Assembly: GCA_040285855.1 (NCBI GenBank)
Contig: JAUFOQ010000006.1
Coordinates: forward strand, 1,240,001 to 1,304,000
Source of the DNA: Eukaryota sp. GEM-RC1
Taxonomy: Eukaryota
Direction: 5' to 3'
Length of the DNA stretch: 64,000 nucleotides
Shown: positions 1 to 12,177 of the stretch, one piece after another
Layout: every line of letters begins with the position of its first letter
How positions within the stretch are numbered: the first letter of the stretch is position 1
Program-made: the position numbers and the translations under genes
The notes under the pieces: generated by a model
Database searches by the model: none
What the model was told of the DNA's origin: nothing
The model's input: only the letters and a program-made list of their open reading frames with translations

Positions 1-760
1 TGAAAGAAGTTAAATTCTCCACATCAACACGAGAATTGTCCCTATACAACTTCGCATAAATGGAACATAAATACTTGGGAATGCTACTATAAAGAGCGAA
101 CATAATTCGATTAATCCATAGAGCGCTACTAAACACCTTGCCATTAGAACGACATAAAAGACTAAAATCACTGAAAAACTTTAAACCGGCTGGACCATTA
201 TTACCAAAAATTGAAATCGCAAATGGAACAAATGAAAACTTAGATTATAGATTTTCATTAAGCTTCTGCAAAGCATCCGCATAATTTGAACACTTTAGCG
301 GTTCAGCCTTTTCCAGATGACCATTCGAATCATTCAATATGGAGTCTTGGTAGACTTTTGAAAACGGGTCAGCTGTAGTAAAATCAACCACTACTTGAGA
401 TGAATCCAGGAAAGGAGCAATTAAGTCACCACGCCGAGAATCAAATTTGTTAGTTTCTGTTGTAATTTTTTCAGGAAACACTGAGACCAAACGTCAAAAG
501 GTAATTTCATCAACGCTTCGTTTAAGTCAAATAAATATTTACATGAATTGGGGTTAATAAGTGAAATATCATTAGGAAATCGATTGACAAATTCAAAAAT
601 GAAAGTATTTCCACTCCCTAAAAAAGCAGATCTGCAAAGAGTAGGCGATTTGGTAAAACCAATACCACCAAAATGAGCAGAAGTAAACATATGACTTCTA
701 AGTAACGTTGAATCAACTTCTAACAATGAAGCAAAAAATTAACCCTCATCTCCTTAAAAT
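1..760 (-). mobile_element. Degenerate CRE-like non-LTR retrotransposon fragment (RT thumb joined by internal deletion to RLE C-terminus)
   Basis: ORF 421-726 has GGIGFT; ORF 245-490 has RRGDL..VVVDFT..AE..K..Y. Minus-strand translation toward base 1 reads FVPFAISIFG...LWINRIMFALY, homologous to the 12258-13112 ORF. Confidence 0.8.
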
Positions 761-892
761 TGCAAAATATGGAATCTGAATAAATATGTATTTTTATCGA
801 ATCACAATATCATATTTAATTGAATATTGATTAGTCCTCTCTGATAGAAACTCGCCAAAAATCAAATATTATGATAGAGAGTGGGTGATCAC

Positions 893-1051
893 CAGGGATC
901 GAAAAAATAAATTGTATTGCAATATATTGCAAGTATTTACTGCAATCACCACAATTTCCAATATATTTATTGCAATGATCACATTTTCCAATATATTTAT
1001 TGTACATATTTTTTGTTCGAAATATATTGCAATATATTTTTTCGATCCCTG
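893..1051. mobile_element. 159-bp MITE, hAT-like
   Basis: TIRs CAGGGATCGAAAAAA / TTTTTTCGATCCCTG. Flanks GTGATCAC (885-892) and GTGAGCAC (1052-1059) form an 8-bp TSD with 1 mismatch. Internal TATTGCAAT-type repeats. Confidence 0.8.
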
Positions 1052-1123
1052 GTGAGCACTCAAGATAATTATGAACTAAAAGTATACAACTTCATCTACT
1101 GGTAGATTCAACTTCTAAGGTCT

Positions 1124-1200
1124 TTGTTGTGATTACAGTTGGTGTTTGTAAAAAAAGTGCATTTAATCAAGCCAAAAATGAAGTTTCTCCCCTGACTTTT
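1124..1200 (+). pseudogene. Short relic of RLE retrotransposon (family D-like)
   Basis: GTGATTACAGTTGGTGTTTGTAAAAAAAGT...AATGAAGTTTCTCC resembles 60827-60890 and the reverse strand of 9320-9370. Confidence 0.55.
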
Positions 1201-1622
1201 CAGAAAAAGTGAAGAGCAATCAAAATCATGCTCCATCACTATCCATTTCAACGAGCACCTATTCCATAAGAGGTTGTCGCAGATTACGTTGTTGGCCTCA
1301 TATCCGCTCAGCTGAGATAGTGGGAGAGGAGGCAGTGTTTTTGAATCAGTCAGTAGAAGTCATAACATAATTGATGAATTGAAATTTCCTGTACACACAC
1401 AACTTCACACTACAATTGTACGTACTTTTGCAGAAGAAACAAGGTATTTGGTACTCAAGCAGTATTTTTGTCACATACATTGAATATGCAAATAAATAGA
1501 ATGAATAAGACTAAATACTAATACTTTTTTTTCTCTTCATGTCTGCTTATGACATCATCTTCTTCTGTTAAGCCCCCAAGAGGTCGCCCTAAAGGTTCAG
1601 TGACTACTTGTTCTGTTTGTAA

Positions 1623-2087
1623 ATTCAGTCAATTATCACTAAGTATCAAGACCAACTGTACACTTAACCCTCCTAATTCAGCCTCGATCTTCAACAGATA
1701 GAAATAGAATGGATAAACATGTGTAGATGCAAACATTGGTGTCCTATGAAATGATAAAAGCAGTAATCCAGAAATGACGGTCCTTTTGGAGTGTGACACT
1801 GGTACAGTCTGATCAAATTAATTGGGATGGATACAGATTGTTTGTACTCGCACACTTACAGATGGAAGATTTTAAAACTGCATTACAGTTTCGCACTTCT
1901 TCTCAGAATTTGTTTAAAAGCAAATACAGTATACTTTACTTCTTTCATTTTCTGAATTAGTATGTATTAATTTATTGTTGCAAATAAACTCTTTAGTTAA
2001 AAAAAATACAGTATACTCATTTGTTCTATTTAGGGAAGTTGTAAGAATCACGAATGAAAGACAAAGAAAACATTATTTTTGATCAAG
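1623..2087 (+). repeat. Leftmost, diverged partial satellite monomer
   Basis: Matches the 556-bp consensus with substitutions and a non-consensus insert near 1935-2005. Confidence 0.9.
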
Positions 2088-3190
2088 GAGCAATAAAAGA
2101 AATATCATCCATATAAGCTACAATTTCTAAACCTGCATGTTCTTCTTTGAGTTTTTTCAGGATTGGATGAATAGCCAAACAAAAAAAAGGACCAAGAGAA
2201 TCTCCTTGTTTAACACCAGAAACAGAATTAAGAACAAATGAATTAAAAACCAAGTCAGAAGAGTGACCATAAAAACAATGAAAAAAGATCTGAAATGAAA
2301 AAGTAAAAAATCTTTCGTTTTCCATAACACAAGATAACGATTCTGAAATTCAAACAAAAAATTCTTCAAAGACCCCAAAAAGGCACCATCACGCATGTAC
2401 TTAGGTTTCGTGAAACCAATACCACCAAAAGAATTAGAAGTGAAACAATGAGAAGGAAGTGAAGAGTCTTTGTTACCAACCAGATAACTAACAAAATTTG
2501 TGCGCAATGAATTAAAATTACGAGATAACTCGAGAGTTAGTTCATGCGGTAAACCACCTAAAAAGTGACTAATTTTACCAACTGAAGAACGTCCAATGAC
2601 AAGACATTTTTGAAAATTGATTGACAAACCAATAAAGACAATTCATCAAAACGAGGAAAACTCGATTTAATGACTTCCAAAGGGCCAACCAAAGAGGTAT
2701 CATCAGCATACGAGTTTAACCTTAATCCTGGGAATTCGCTTGAGAATTTGCGAAGAATTCTTTGCCACGGCAAACAGAAAAGAAAAGGGACTAAAGGATC
2801 ACCTTGTTTGACACCACGAGTGGATGAAATCGTATGTTCGTGAAAAATTAATGAAGATGAATAACATAATTTTAAAATAAGACAGCAATTCAGGAAAATG
2901 GTCTAACAGTTCCAAGTGAATCTGTGACCGATAAACACAATTGAACGCATTTTTGTAATCAACGTTCAATACATAATTTTCTGCATTTGAATTTAAAAAG
3001 ATGTCAGTCATCAAACTAGCACTAATTGTACCATCTACAATTCCAATGCAATACTGAAAAGGTCTGAAATATTCCACAGCCTTACTTTTCATCTTTTCAA
3101 AACAAAGTGAAGAAAATAGTCTACACACATATTCGCCAATTGCAATTGGTCGAACACCATTACACGGTTTAGATAAAGCTACTGAACGAC
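2088..3190 (-). mobile_element. Segmental copy 1: stub of family D RT (YMDD) fused to family B RT fragment (YADD)
   Basis: GVKQGDSLGP and AYMDD in 2083-2325. RPIAIGEY, DYKNAFNCV, GVKQGDPL and YADD in 2700-3190. Frameshifted. Confidence 0.9.
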
Positions 3191-3513
3191 TTTTTCAACA
3201 CAAGAAGAAATTTGTGTGGCTTTTGTGAAGATTGTAAAAGAAAAAACATCTAGGACTTTTGATCTTAGATTTTGGAAAAGTCGAATTGTGTTTGCTATTT
3301 TTAAAGGTACTAGTATGGTGACTTCTGTATCTAGCGCTTTATTATCTCTTGGCAGACATTATGAAGATAAGGTAGGTGAAAATTTCCAGTTAGGCAATCT
3401 GGACTTTGAGGATATTGATTATTAGATGTATGGACACTGTAGTGTTATTGTCTATTACATTTAGAATAAATAATGATGTATGTACACTATAGTGTTGTTG
3501 TAAATAAAAAAAA
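3191..3513 (+). mobile_element. 5'-truncated 3' end of RLE retrotransposon family C with AATAAA/poly(A) (copy 1)
   Basis: ORF FDLRFWKSRIVFAIFKG is homologous to RLE C-termini. It ends in an A-run abutting satellite. Confidence 0.75.
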
Positions 3514-5014
3514 TTTCAACAGATAGAAATAAAATTGATAAACATCTATAGATGCAACATTGATGCTTTATGAAATGATAAAAGGAGTAATCCAGAAATG
3601 ATGGTTTTTTTGGAGTGGTACAGTCTGATCAAATTAATTGGGATGGATACAGATTGTTTTGTACTCGCACACTTACAGATGGAGGAATTTAAAACTGCAT
3701 TACAGTTTCGCACTTCTTCTCAGAATTTGTTTTAAAATAAATAATGTAAAATAAGAGTTTAAAACTCCATTACAGATTCGCACTTCTTCTCAGAATTTGT
3801 TTACAATTAATACAGTATATTCATTTGTTCTATTTAGGGAAGTTGTAAGAATCACGAATGAAAGACAACGCAATCATCATTTTTGATCAAGGGCTAGCAA
3901 TTTAACGGATCTACTTGTAAGTCTCATAATAGCAGATTAGACACAATCAATCAGGCAAACTCTCTTAAATGTGTCTCAGTCGACGCCCAAATTGATTCAG
4001 TCAATTATCACTAAGTATCAAGACCAACTGTACACTTAACCCTCCTAATTCAGCCTCGATTATCAACAGATAGAAATAGAAGTGATAAACATGTGTAGAT
4101 GCAAACATTGGTGTCCTATGAAGTGACAAAATGAGTAATCCAGAAATGACGGTCCTTTTGGAGTGTGACACTGGTACAGTCTGATCAAATTAATTGGGAT
4201 GGATACAGATTGTTTTGTACTCGCACACTTACAGATGGAGGAATTTAAAACTGCATTACAGTTTCGCACTTCTCAGAATTTGTTTTAAAATAAATAATGT
4301 AAAATAAGAGTTTAAATCCCCATTACAGATTCGCACTTCTTCTCAGAATTTGTTTTAAATTAATACAGTATATTCATTTGTTCTATTTAGGGAAGTTGTA
4401 AGAATCACGAATAAAAGACAACGCAATCATCATTTTTGATCAAGGGCTAACAATTTAACGGATCTACTTGTAAGTCTCATAATAGCAGATTAGACACAAT
4501 CAATCAGGCAAACTCTCTTATATGTGTCTCAGTCGATGCCCAAATTGATTCAGTCAATTATCACTAAGTGTCAAGACCAACTGTACACTTAACCCTCCTA
4601 ATTCAGCCTCGATTTTCAACAGATAGAAATAGAATTGATAAACATGTGTAGATGCAATCATTGGTTTCCTATGAAGTGACAAAAGTAGTAATCCAGAAAT
4701 GACGGTCCTTTTGGAGTGTGACACTGGTACAGTTTTATCAAATTAATTGGAATGGATAAAGATTGTTTTGTACTCGCACACTTACAGATGGAAGATTTTA
4801 AAACTGCATTACAGTTTCGCACTTCTTCTCAGAATTTGTTTAAATGCAAATACAGTATACTTAACTTCTTTCATTTTCTGAATTAGTATGTATTAATTTA
4901 TTGTTGCAAATAAACTCTTTAGTTAAAAAAAATACAGTATACTCATTTGTTCTATTTAGGGAAGTTGTAAGAATCACGAATGAAAGACAAAGAAAACATT
5001 ATTTTTGATCAAGG
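3514..5014 (+). repeat. About 2.7 diverged satellite monomers
   Basis: Direct similarity to the main array consensus. Confidence 0.9.
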
Positions 5015-5634
5015 ATCAATAAAAAAAAATGTCATCCATATAAGCTACAATTTCTAAACCTGCATGTTCTTCTTTGAGTTTTTTCAGGATTGGATGAATA
5101 GCCAAACAAAAAAAAAGGACCAAGAGAATCTCCTTGTTTAACACCAGAAACAGAATTAAGAACAAATGAATTAAAAACCAAGTCAGAAGAGTGACCATAA
5201 AAACAATGAAAAAAGATCTGAAATGAAAGAAAGTAAAAAATCTTTCGTTTTCCATAACACAAGATAACGATTCTGAAATTCAAACAAAAAATTCTTCAAA
5301 GACCCCAAAAAGGCACCATCACGCATGTACTTAGCTTTCGTGAAACCAATACCACCAAAAGAATTAGAAGTGAAACAATGAGAAGGAAGTGAAGAGTCTC
5401 TGTTACCAACCAGATAACTAACAAAATTTGTGCGCAATGAATTAAAATTACGAGATAATTCGAGAGTTAGTTCATGCGGTAAACCACCTAAAAAGTGATT
5501 AATTTTACCAACTGAAGAACGTCCAATGACAAGACATTTTTGAAAATTGATTGACAAACCAATAAAGACAATTTATCAAAACGAGGAAAACTCGATTTAA
5601 TGACTTCCAAAGGGCCAACCAAAGAGGTATCATC

Positions 5635-6904
5635 TAGAGCTGTCAAATAACGTGACGAGTCATGACGCGTCATAACGTGACGCAACTTTTCGTCACGTCG
5701 ACGTGTACTTATTTCAAGTCACGTTACGTCAACTTACATTCTCTAAGTCGTGACTCGTCATGACGAGTCGTGACTTAGAGCAACGAGAAACCACGTCATG
5801 ACGAGTCACGACTTGATGCTACTTTCTGTTGAATTTCGGGATATTATTGGGTAAGTAGTATTGACATTGATATCATAGAACAATCCAATACATTCTTTAT
5901 TAACATAAAAGAACCAAATTTAAGACTATGTATCTAAATATCAAATTTGTACCATGAATGCAACATAGAAGTGCTTGAACGATATCATCATTCAAAGATG
6001 GTCGTTTTGCTGTCTGAACCAGTGATGTCCAAAACTATATTGCAATATATTTTCTGTCATAAATTGCTGAAAATACATTATTGTGATATATCACTATTTA
6101 TCAATGATAAGTAATTGATAGGAAAAGAAGAAAGAACTTTATTTTAATTAAATAGGCAGACACTCCAAAGAAGAATAGCTCTCACAGCGTCGAAATTCAA
6201 TACTGTTCACGTTCAAAAGAGCTCACCACCAAGGGCAGAAGGGTGGAGCTCGGATCTGCAATTTGTCAGCCGAAGTCAACTTTGAGAACAGACCTACAAC
6301 GGGGTTCGAAGTAGCTGATATAAAAAAAGACCAACCACATCAGATGATTGATCGATAAAAGCTTTGAAATATGTTTTTTTCGTCACAGTAATAGAAGCTG
6401 TCAGGAGAAAGATCGTTTTCAACAGAAGAGATACATTAATGTTTGCAAAAAACACTGAAATGTCCTTATTTGATGGAATCACGTCAGAAAACAGAGGGAA
6501 TAAATTATCAGAAATAATTGCAATAAATAGTGATACGGCGATTTGCCAACAATATATTATTTTGATATATTTATTGCAATACTTGCGAGAATAGCTGTTC
6601 TGCTGACACTGCAGCGGCTGGAATACAGAAATAGTCTCTAGCAATTTCGCCCTGAGAAGAGGCGGCGTTGTCACTGTCGTGTTCCTCGACACAATCGGAT
6701 CCATTAGATCGTTTTAGAGGAAGAGTTTGTAGTAGCACTAGAAAAAGATAAACAAATGGTATATTTTGTAAATCGTCATGACTCGTCACAACGTGACGTG
6801 ACGTGACGTGACTTCAAGTCGACTTGAATTTCTGGGAAGTCGCGTCACGTCGACGTCAATATTTCAAGTCGTGACGCGTTGTGACTCGTCATTTGACAGC
6901 CCTA
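5635..6904 (-). mobile_element. Non-autonomous hAT DNA transposon (~1.27 kb) with transposase C-terminal relic
   Basis: 14-bp TIRs TAGAGCTGTCAAAT / ATTTGACAGCCCTA (1 mismatch). Perfect 8-bp TSD GTATCATC (5627-5634, 6905-6912); empty site present in sibling copies. hATC-like motif EIARDYFCIPAAAVSAEQLFS. Subterminal CGTGAC/GTCACG repeats. Confidence 0.93.
6020..6587 (-). mobile_element. Probable second hAT-like derivative nested in the first, right end missing
   Basis: Starts CAGTGATG and has TATTGCAAT repeats at both sides like the MITE at 893. It splits the outer hATC motif from its continuation VQTAKRPSLNDDIVQALLC, and carries its own FISATSNPVVGLFSKL relic. Confidence 0.55.
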
Positions 6905-7399
6905 GTATCATCAGCATACGAGTTTAACCTTAATCCTGGGAATTCGCTTGAGAATTTGCGAAGAATTCTTTGCCACGGCAAACAGAAAAGAAAAAGGGAC
7001 TAAAGGATCACCTTGTTTGACACCACGAGTGGATGAAATCGTATGTTCGTGAAAAATTAATGAAGATGAATAACATAATTTAAAAATAAGTCAGCAATTC
7101 AGGAAAATGGTCTAACAGTTCCAAGTGAATCTGTGACCGATAAACACAATTGAACGCATTTTTGTAATCAACGTTCAATACATAATTTTCTGCATTTGAA
7201 TTTAAAAAGATGTCAGTCATCAAACTAGCACTAATTGTACCATCTACAATTCCAATGCAATACTGAAAAGGTCTGAAATATTCCACAGCCTTACTTTTCA
7301 TCTTTTCAAAACAAAGTGAAGAAAATAGTCTACACACATATTCGCCAATTGCAATTGGTCGAACACCATTACACGGTTTAGATAAAGCTACTGAACGAC

Positions 7400-7666
7400 T
7401 TTTTCAACACAAGAAGAAATTTGTGTGGCTTTTGTGAAGATTGTAAAAGAAAAAACATCTAGGACTTTTGATCTTAGATTTTGGAAAAGTCGAATTGTGT
7501 TTGCTATTTTTAAAGGTATGGTGACTTCTGTATCTAGCGCTTTATTATCTCTTGGCAGACATTATGAAGATAAGGTAGGTGAAAATTTCCAGTTAGGCAA
7601 TCTGGACTTTGAGGATATTGATTATTAGATGTATGTACACTATAGTGTTGTTGTAAATAAAAAAAA
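7400..7666 (+). mobile_element. Family C 3' end, copy 2
   Basis: Near-identical to 3191-3513 with a shorter 3' UTR. Confidence 0.75.
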
Positions 7667-8166
7667 TTCCAACAGATAGAAATAAAATTGATAAACATCT
7701 ATAGATGCAACATTGATGCTTTATGAAATGATAAAAGGAGTAATCCAGAAATGATGGTTTTTTTTGGAGTGGTACAGTCTGATCAAATTAATTGGGATGG
7801 ATACAGATTGTTTTGTACTCGCACACTTACAGATGGAGGAATTTAAAACTGCATTACAGTTTCGCACTTCTTCTCAGAATTTGTTTTAAAATAAATAAAG
7901 TAAAATAAGAGTTTAAAACTCCATTACAGATTCGCACTTCTTCTCAGAATTTGTTTAAAATTAATACAGTATATTCATTTGTTCTATTTAGGGAAGTTGT
8001 AAGAATCACGAATGAAAGACAACACAATCATCATTTTTGATCAAGGGCTAGCAATTTAGCGGATCTACTTGTAAGTCTCATAATAGCAGATTAGCCACAA
8101 TCAATCAGGCAAACTCTCTTAAATGTGTCTCAGTCGACGCCCAAATTGATTCAGTCAATTATCACT
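7667..8166 (+). repeat. Diverged satellite monomer
   Basis: Matches array consensus. Confidence 0.9.
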
Positions 8167-8916
8167 GTCAACATTCAATTGGTTAATTAATGTGGCAGTA
8201 CTTTGTATTTTTTCCTTTTCAGCCACTTCAAGAGCAGAAAAAAATCATCAAAATTTTTTTGAAATTGATCTTGAATTACAAGGATCAACAGTCGTGAAAT
8301 CCATGATAATTTCCTGACAAGATAACCAAGGACCAATCAAATCACCACGACTTCTATCAACTTTTGGCTGATCAGACAGATTAGCAAGTAAAGGTTCAAT
8401 TTTTCCATGAAAACCATTAGCCTTAAACATATCCCGGATACTGTTGTGAATAATTGATCTAAAATGAATAAATTGATGACAGTTAACTAAATGATGAAAA
8501 TGTGAAGCCTTTGAACGACCACAAAGACAGGGAGAATGCTGCAAAAGACCTGAAGGCCATAAACCTAACCTAAGTCTCATGTTTTTAAGCCATTCATGAT
8601 CCTTAAAATTAAAACAAAATTTTCTTGGCAAACGAGAAACAAATGAAGACGCAGAGCTTGAGAAAATATCATTCAAAAAAGCACAAAAGCGGACTCTTCG
8701 TCTTAGCCAAGCTAATACGGTTGTTAAAGTCCAAGCTTCCGTGAAACAAAACAAACTTCTTCTGTAACTTGCGAACACATAAAGGCAAAGAGAAAATACT
8801 TCTCTGCTGAATTTCTGTCACCCCAACATGAAATAAATCTGACCACAAATTGGAGTCAAGATTATCAATCAAATTTTATAGACTAATTAACCATGCACAA
8901 GGTGAGTGAAGTAAAA
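8167..8916 (-). mobile_element. Family B, zinc-knuckle/RLE portion
   Basis: CLCG...HLVNC...HNSIRD...EP...RGDL...DFT. Near-identical to 14249-14998. Confidence 0.9.
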
Positions 8917-10805
8917 TTTGTTTTTCATTAGATTTATGGAACAAAAACACTAAGATAAACACAAATACTAGAACTCAATATCACCAAAGCAACAATCATT
9001 GTCATTAAAACTCACATCAGCTTTTTCTTCATAAAAAACACTGAGAGCAAATAGAGCTTCTAAAACCATGATAGGAATTGTTTTAAAAAATTGTAAAAAC
9101 AATACGATTCAACCAAAACTTGAAATCAAATTTCTTGTTCATTCTTTTTTTGACCACTTTCTCAAAATCAGAGAGAACACAAAGAGTATCACTAACAAGT
9201 CGACCATAAATTGAAATTGCAAAAGGACATAATTTGTACTCGACATGTCCAATATGTTTGAGAGCAGTCAATGGTTCATCATTTGTTTCTCTTGTATTGT
9301 TCTGAAGAATTCAGTGGAGAAACTTCATTTTCCTTGTATGCACTTTTTGCAAACATCCACAGTAATCACATCAACAACGGTTAGTTCATCATTGACTGAT
9401 GGAACTATAACATCAGCTCGTCTTTTATCAAAAGTCTTATCAGAATCACTATTTTTTAACTTATTATTTTCACTTTTTTTGATTTCCAGTGATCCCAACA
9501 GTGGCTCAACAAAAGATTCGTTTTTGTAGGACTTACACATGGCATGAATTTGATCTCTGAGAGCATCATGAATACAAGTTCTATAAGTAATGAAACGATT
9601 ACAACTCAAAAGGTGAGAAAATGTAACTAATTTACCACATTTACATTGAAGATCATTGGGTAAATTAGAAGGCCACAAGAAACATCGAAGTTTGAATGTT
9701 GTAGTCCATTGATGATCATTCTACAACAACAAACCATAAATCTGAGGAATTTGGTTAATCAAAGCAGCTGAAGAACTGTCCTTCAAATCGATTAATACAT
9801 TTGCGAACGCTGGAAGTTTTTCATTGACCAGTCAAGTCGAATTTTAAAATCCAGACATTCAAAATGTTTTAAAAGGTGTTTTTGGAGTTTCTTAAGAGCA
9901 AATTTTAACGAGGTGACACATCGTTCTGGTATTTCACAAATATCTGCTGGAAAACAAGTTTGCCAGAGGTCAGGTGAAATTAGTGACAATTTTCTGATCT
10001 CAAATTTACGAAGAAAAAACTACTTGTCGAAACAAGAAGATTTTCTTGACTTGGGTAACGTCTACAGAACTCAAAGACAAAAATCTTACCACCACCAATG
10101 AAAGCAGATTTGGTCCACCATTTAGACGAAGTGGAACCAATACCACCAAGATGAGGATATGAGAAGATGTGATTGTTCAAAGCAGTAGGATCCACTGATA
10201 ACAAAAATGCAAGAAAGTCAGTACGAATTTTGTTAAAGCTTCTACAGAAGTTATAGGTAAGTACAGGGGATAAAGAGCGAAGCAGATGAGTAACTTTTCC
10301 TGAATAACAAATTTTTAGCATGAAGAATTTGAGATGTTTTTCTAATTGCAATTCCTTAACTTGATTCGCATTGGATCCAAATATACATTCAGATCATTAA
10401 CAATGTTATCATGTGAACCAAGATAGCAACCTAGAAATCTAAAGCTTGAAGATAAGTAGTTCACAAAGGGAACCTCTAAAGAATTAACAATTAAAGTTAC
10501 AGGTACCTTGGCAATCAAAAACATTTTTGCACATTTAATTGAAGTCCAATTGCATCCTACAAATCAGCAGCCTGATTGGCAATAATACGAAGAGTTGACA
10601 TAGGAGCAATAAAAGAAATGTCATCCATATAAGCTACAATTTCTAAACCTGCATGTTCTTCTTTGAGTTTTTCAGGATTGTATGAATAGCCAAACAAAAA
10701 AAGAAGGGACCAAGAGAATCTCCTTGTTTAACACCAGAAACAGAATTAAAAACCAAGTCAGAAGAGTGACCATAAAAACAATGAAAAAAGATCTGAAATG
10801 AAAGA
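8917..10805 (-). mobile_element. 5'-truncated, decayed CRE-like retrotransposon family D inserted into family B
   Basis: YMDD RT, GGIG thumb, CKCG..HLLSC..HD and RADVIVP..VDV RLE motifs. Flanked by AAGTAAAA direct repeat (8909-8916, 10806-10813). Uninterrupted site seen at ~14992. Confidence 0.88.
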
Positions 10806-11695
10806 AAGTAAAAAATCTTTCGTTTTCCATAACACAAGATAACGATTCTGAAATTCAAACAAAAAATTCTTCAAAGACCCCAAAAAGGCACCATCACGCA
10901 TGTACTTAGGTTTCGTGAAACCAATACCACCAAAAGAATTAGAAGTGAAACAATGAGAAGGAAGTGAAGAGTCTTTGTTACCAACCAGATAACTAACAAA
11001 ATTTGTGCGCAATGAATTAAAATTACGAGATAACTCGAGAGTTAGTTCATGCGGTAAACCACCTAAAAAGTGACTAATTTTACCAACTGAAGAACGTCCA
11101 ATGACAAGACATTTTTGAAAATTGATTGACAAACCAATAAAGACAATTCATCAAAACGAGGAAAACTCGATTTAATGACTTCCAAAGGGCCAACCAAAGA
11201 GGTATCATCAGCATACGAGTTTAACCTTAATCCTGGGAATTCGCTTGAGAATTTGCGAAGAATTCTTGCCACGGCAAACAGAAAAGAAAAAGGGACTAAA
11301 GGATCACCTTGTTTGACACCACGAGTGGATGAAATCGTATGTTCGTGAAAAATTAATGAAGATGAATAACATAATTTAAAAATAAGACAGCAATTCAGGA
11401 AAATGGTCTAACAGTTCCAAGTGAATCTGTGACCGATAAACACAATTGAACGCATTTTTGTAATCAACGTTCAATACATAATTTTCTGCATTTGAATTTA
11501 AAAAGATGTCAGTCATCAAACTAGCACTAATTGTACCATCTACAATTCCAATGCAATACTGAAAAGGTCTGAAATATTCCACAGCCTTACTTTTCATCTT
11601 TTCAAAACAAAGTGAAGAAAATAGTCTACACACATATTCGCCAATTGCAATTGGTCGAACACCATTACACGGTTTAGATAAAGCTACTGAACGAC
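10806..11695 (-). mobile_element. Family B RT portion (segmental copy 3)
   Basis: Same RT motifs as 2300-3190. Confidence 0.9.
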
Positions 11696-11962
11696 TTTTT
11701 CAACACAAGAAGAAATTTGTGTGGCTTTTGTGAAGATTGTAAAAGAAAAAACATCTAGGACTTTTGATCTTAGATTTTGGAAAAGTCGAATTGTGTTTGC
11801 TATTTTTAAAGGTATGGTGACTTCTGTATCTAGCGCTTTATTATCTCTTGGCAGACATTATGAAGATAAGGTAGGTGAAAATTTCCAGTTAGGCAATCTG
11901 GACTTTGAGGATATTGATTATTAGATGTATGTACACTATAGTGTTGTTGTAAATAAAAAAAA
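11696..11962 (+). mobile_element. Family C 3' end, copy 3
   Basis: Same ORF translation as copy 2. Confidence 0.75.
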
Positions 11963-12177
11963 TTCCAACAGATAGAAATAAAATTGATAAACATCTATAG
12001 ATGCAACATTGATGCTTTATGAAATGATAAAAGGAGTAATCCAGAAATGATGGTTTTTTTTGGAGTGGTACAGTCTGATCAAATTAATTGGGATGGATAC
12101 AGATTGTTTCGTACTCGCACACTTACAGATGGAGGAATTTAAAACTGCATTACAGTTTCGCACTTCTTCTCAGAATT

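Larger units (their letters stand above)
5015..7399 (-). mobile_element. Segmental copy 2 of the D-stub/B RT fragment, interrupted by a hAT element
   Basis: Near-identical to 2088-3190 apart from the insertion at 5635-6904. Confidence 0.9.

Noticed and set aside
869..1105. Small ORFs on both strands
   Set aside because: They are readings through the low-complexity MITE.
3191..3513. Twin-priming 5' inversion of family B
   Set aside because: The inverted piece has its own 3' end and poly(A) and resembles family D more than A, so a separate insertion is simpler. B's own 3' end is absent from the window, so this is not fully excluded.
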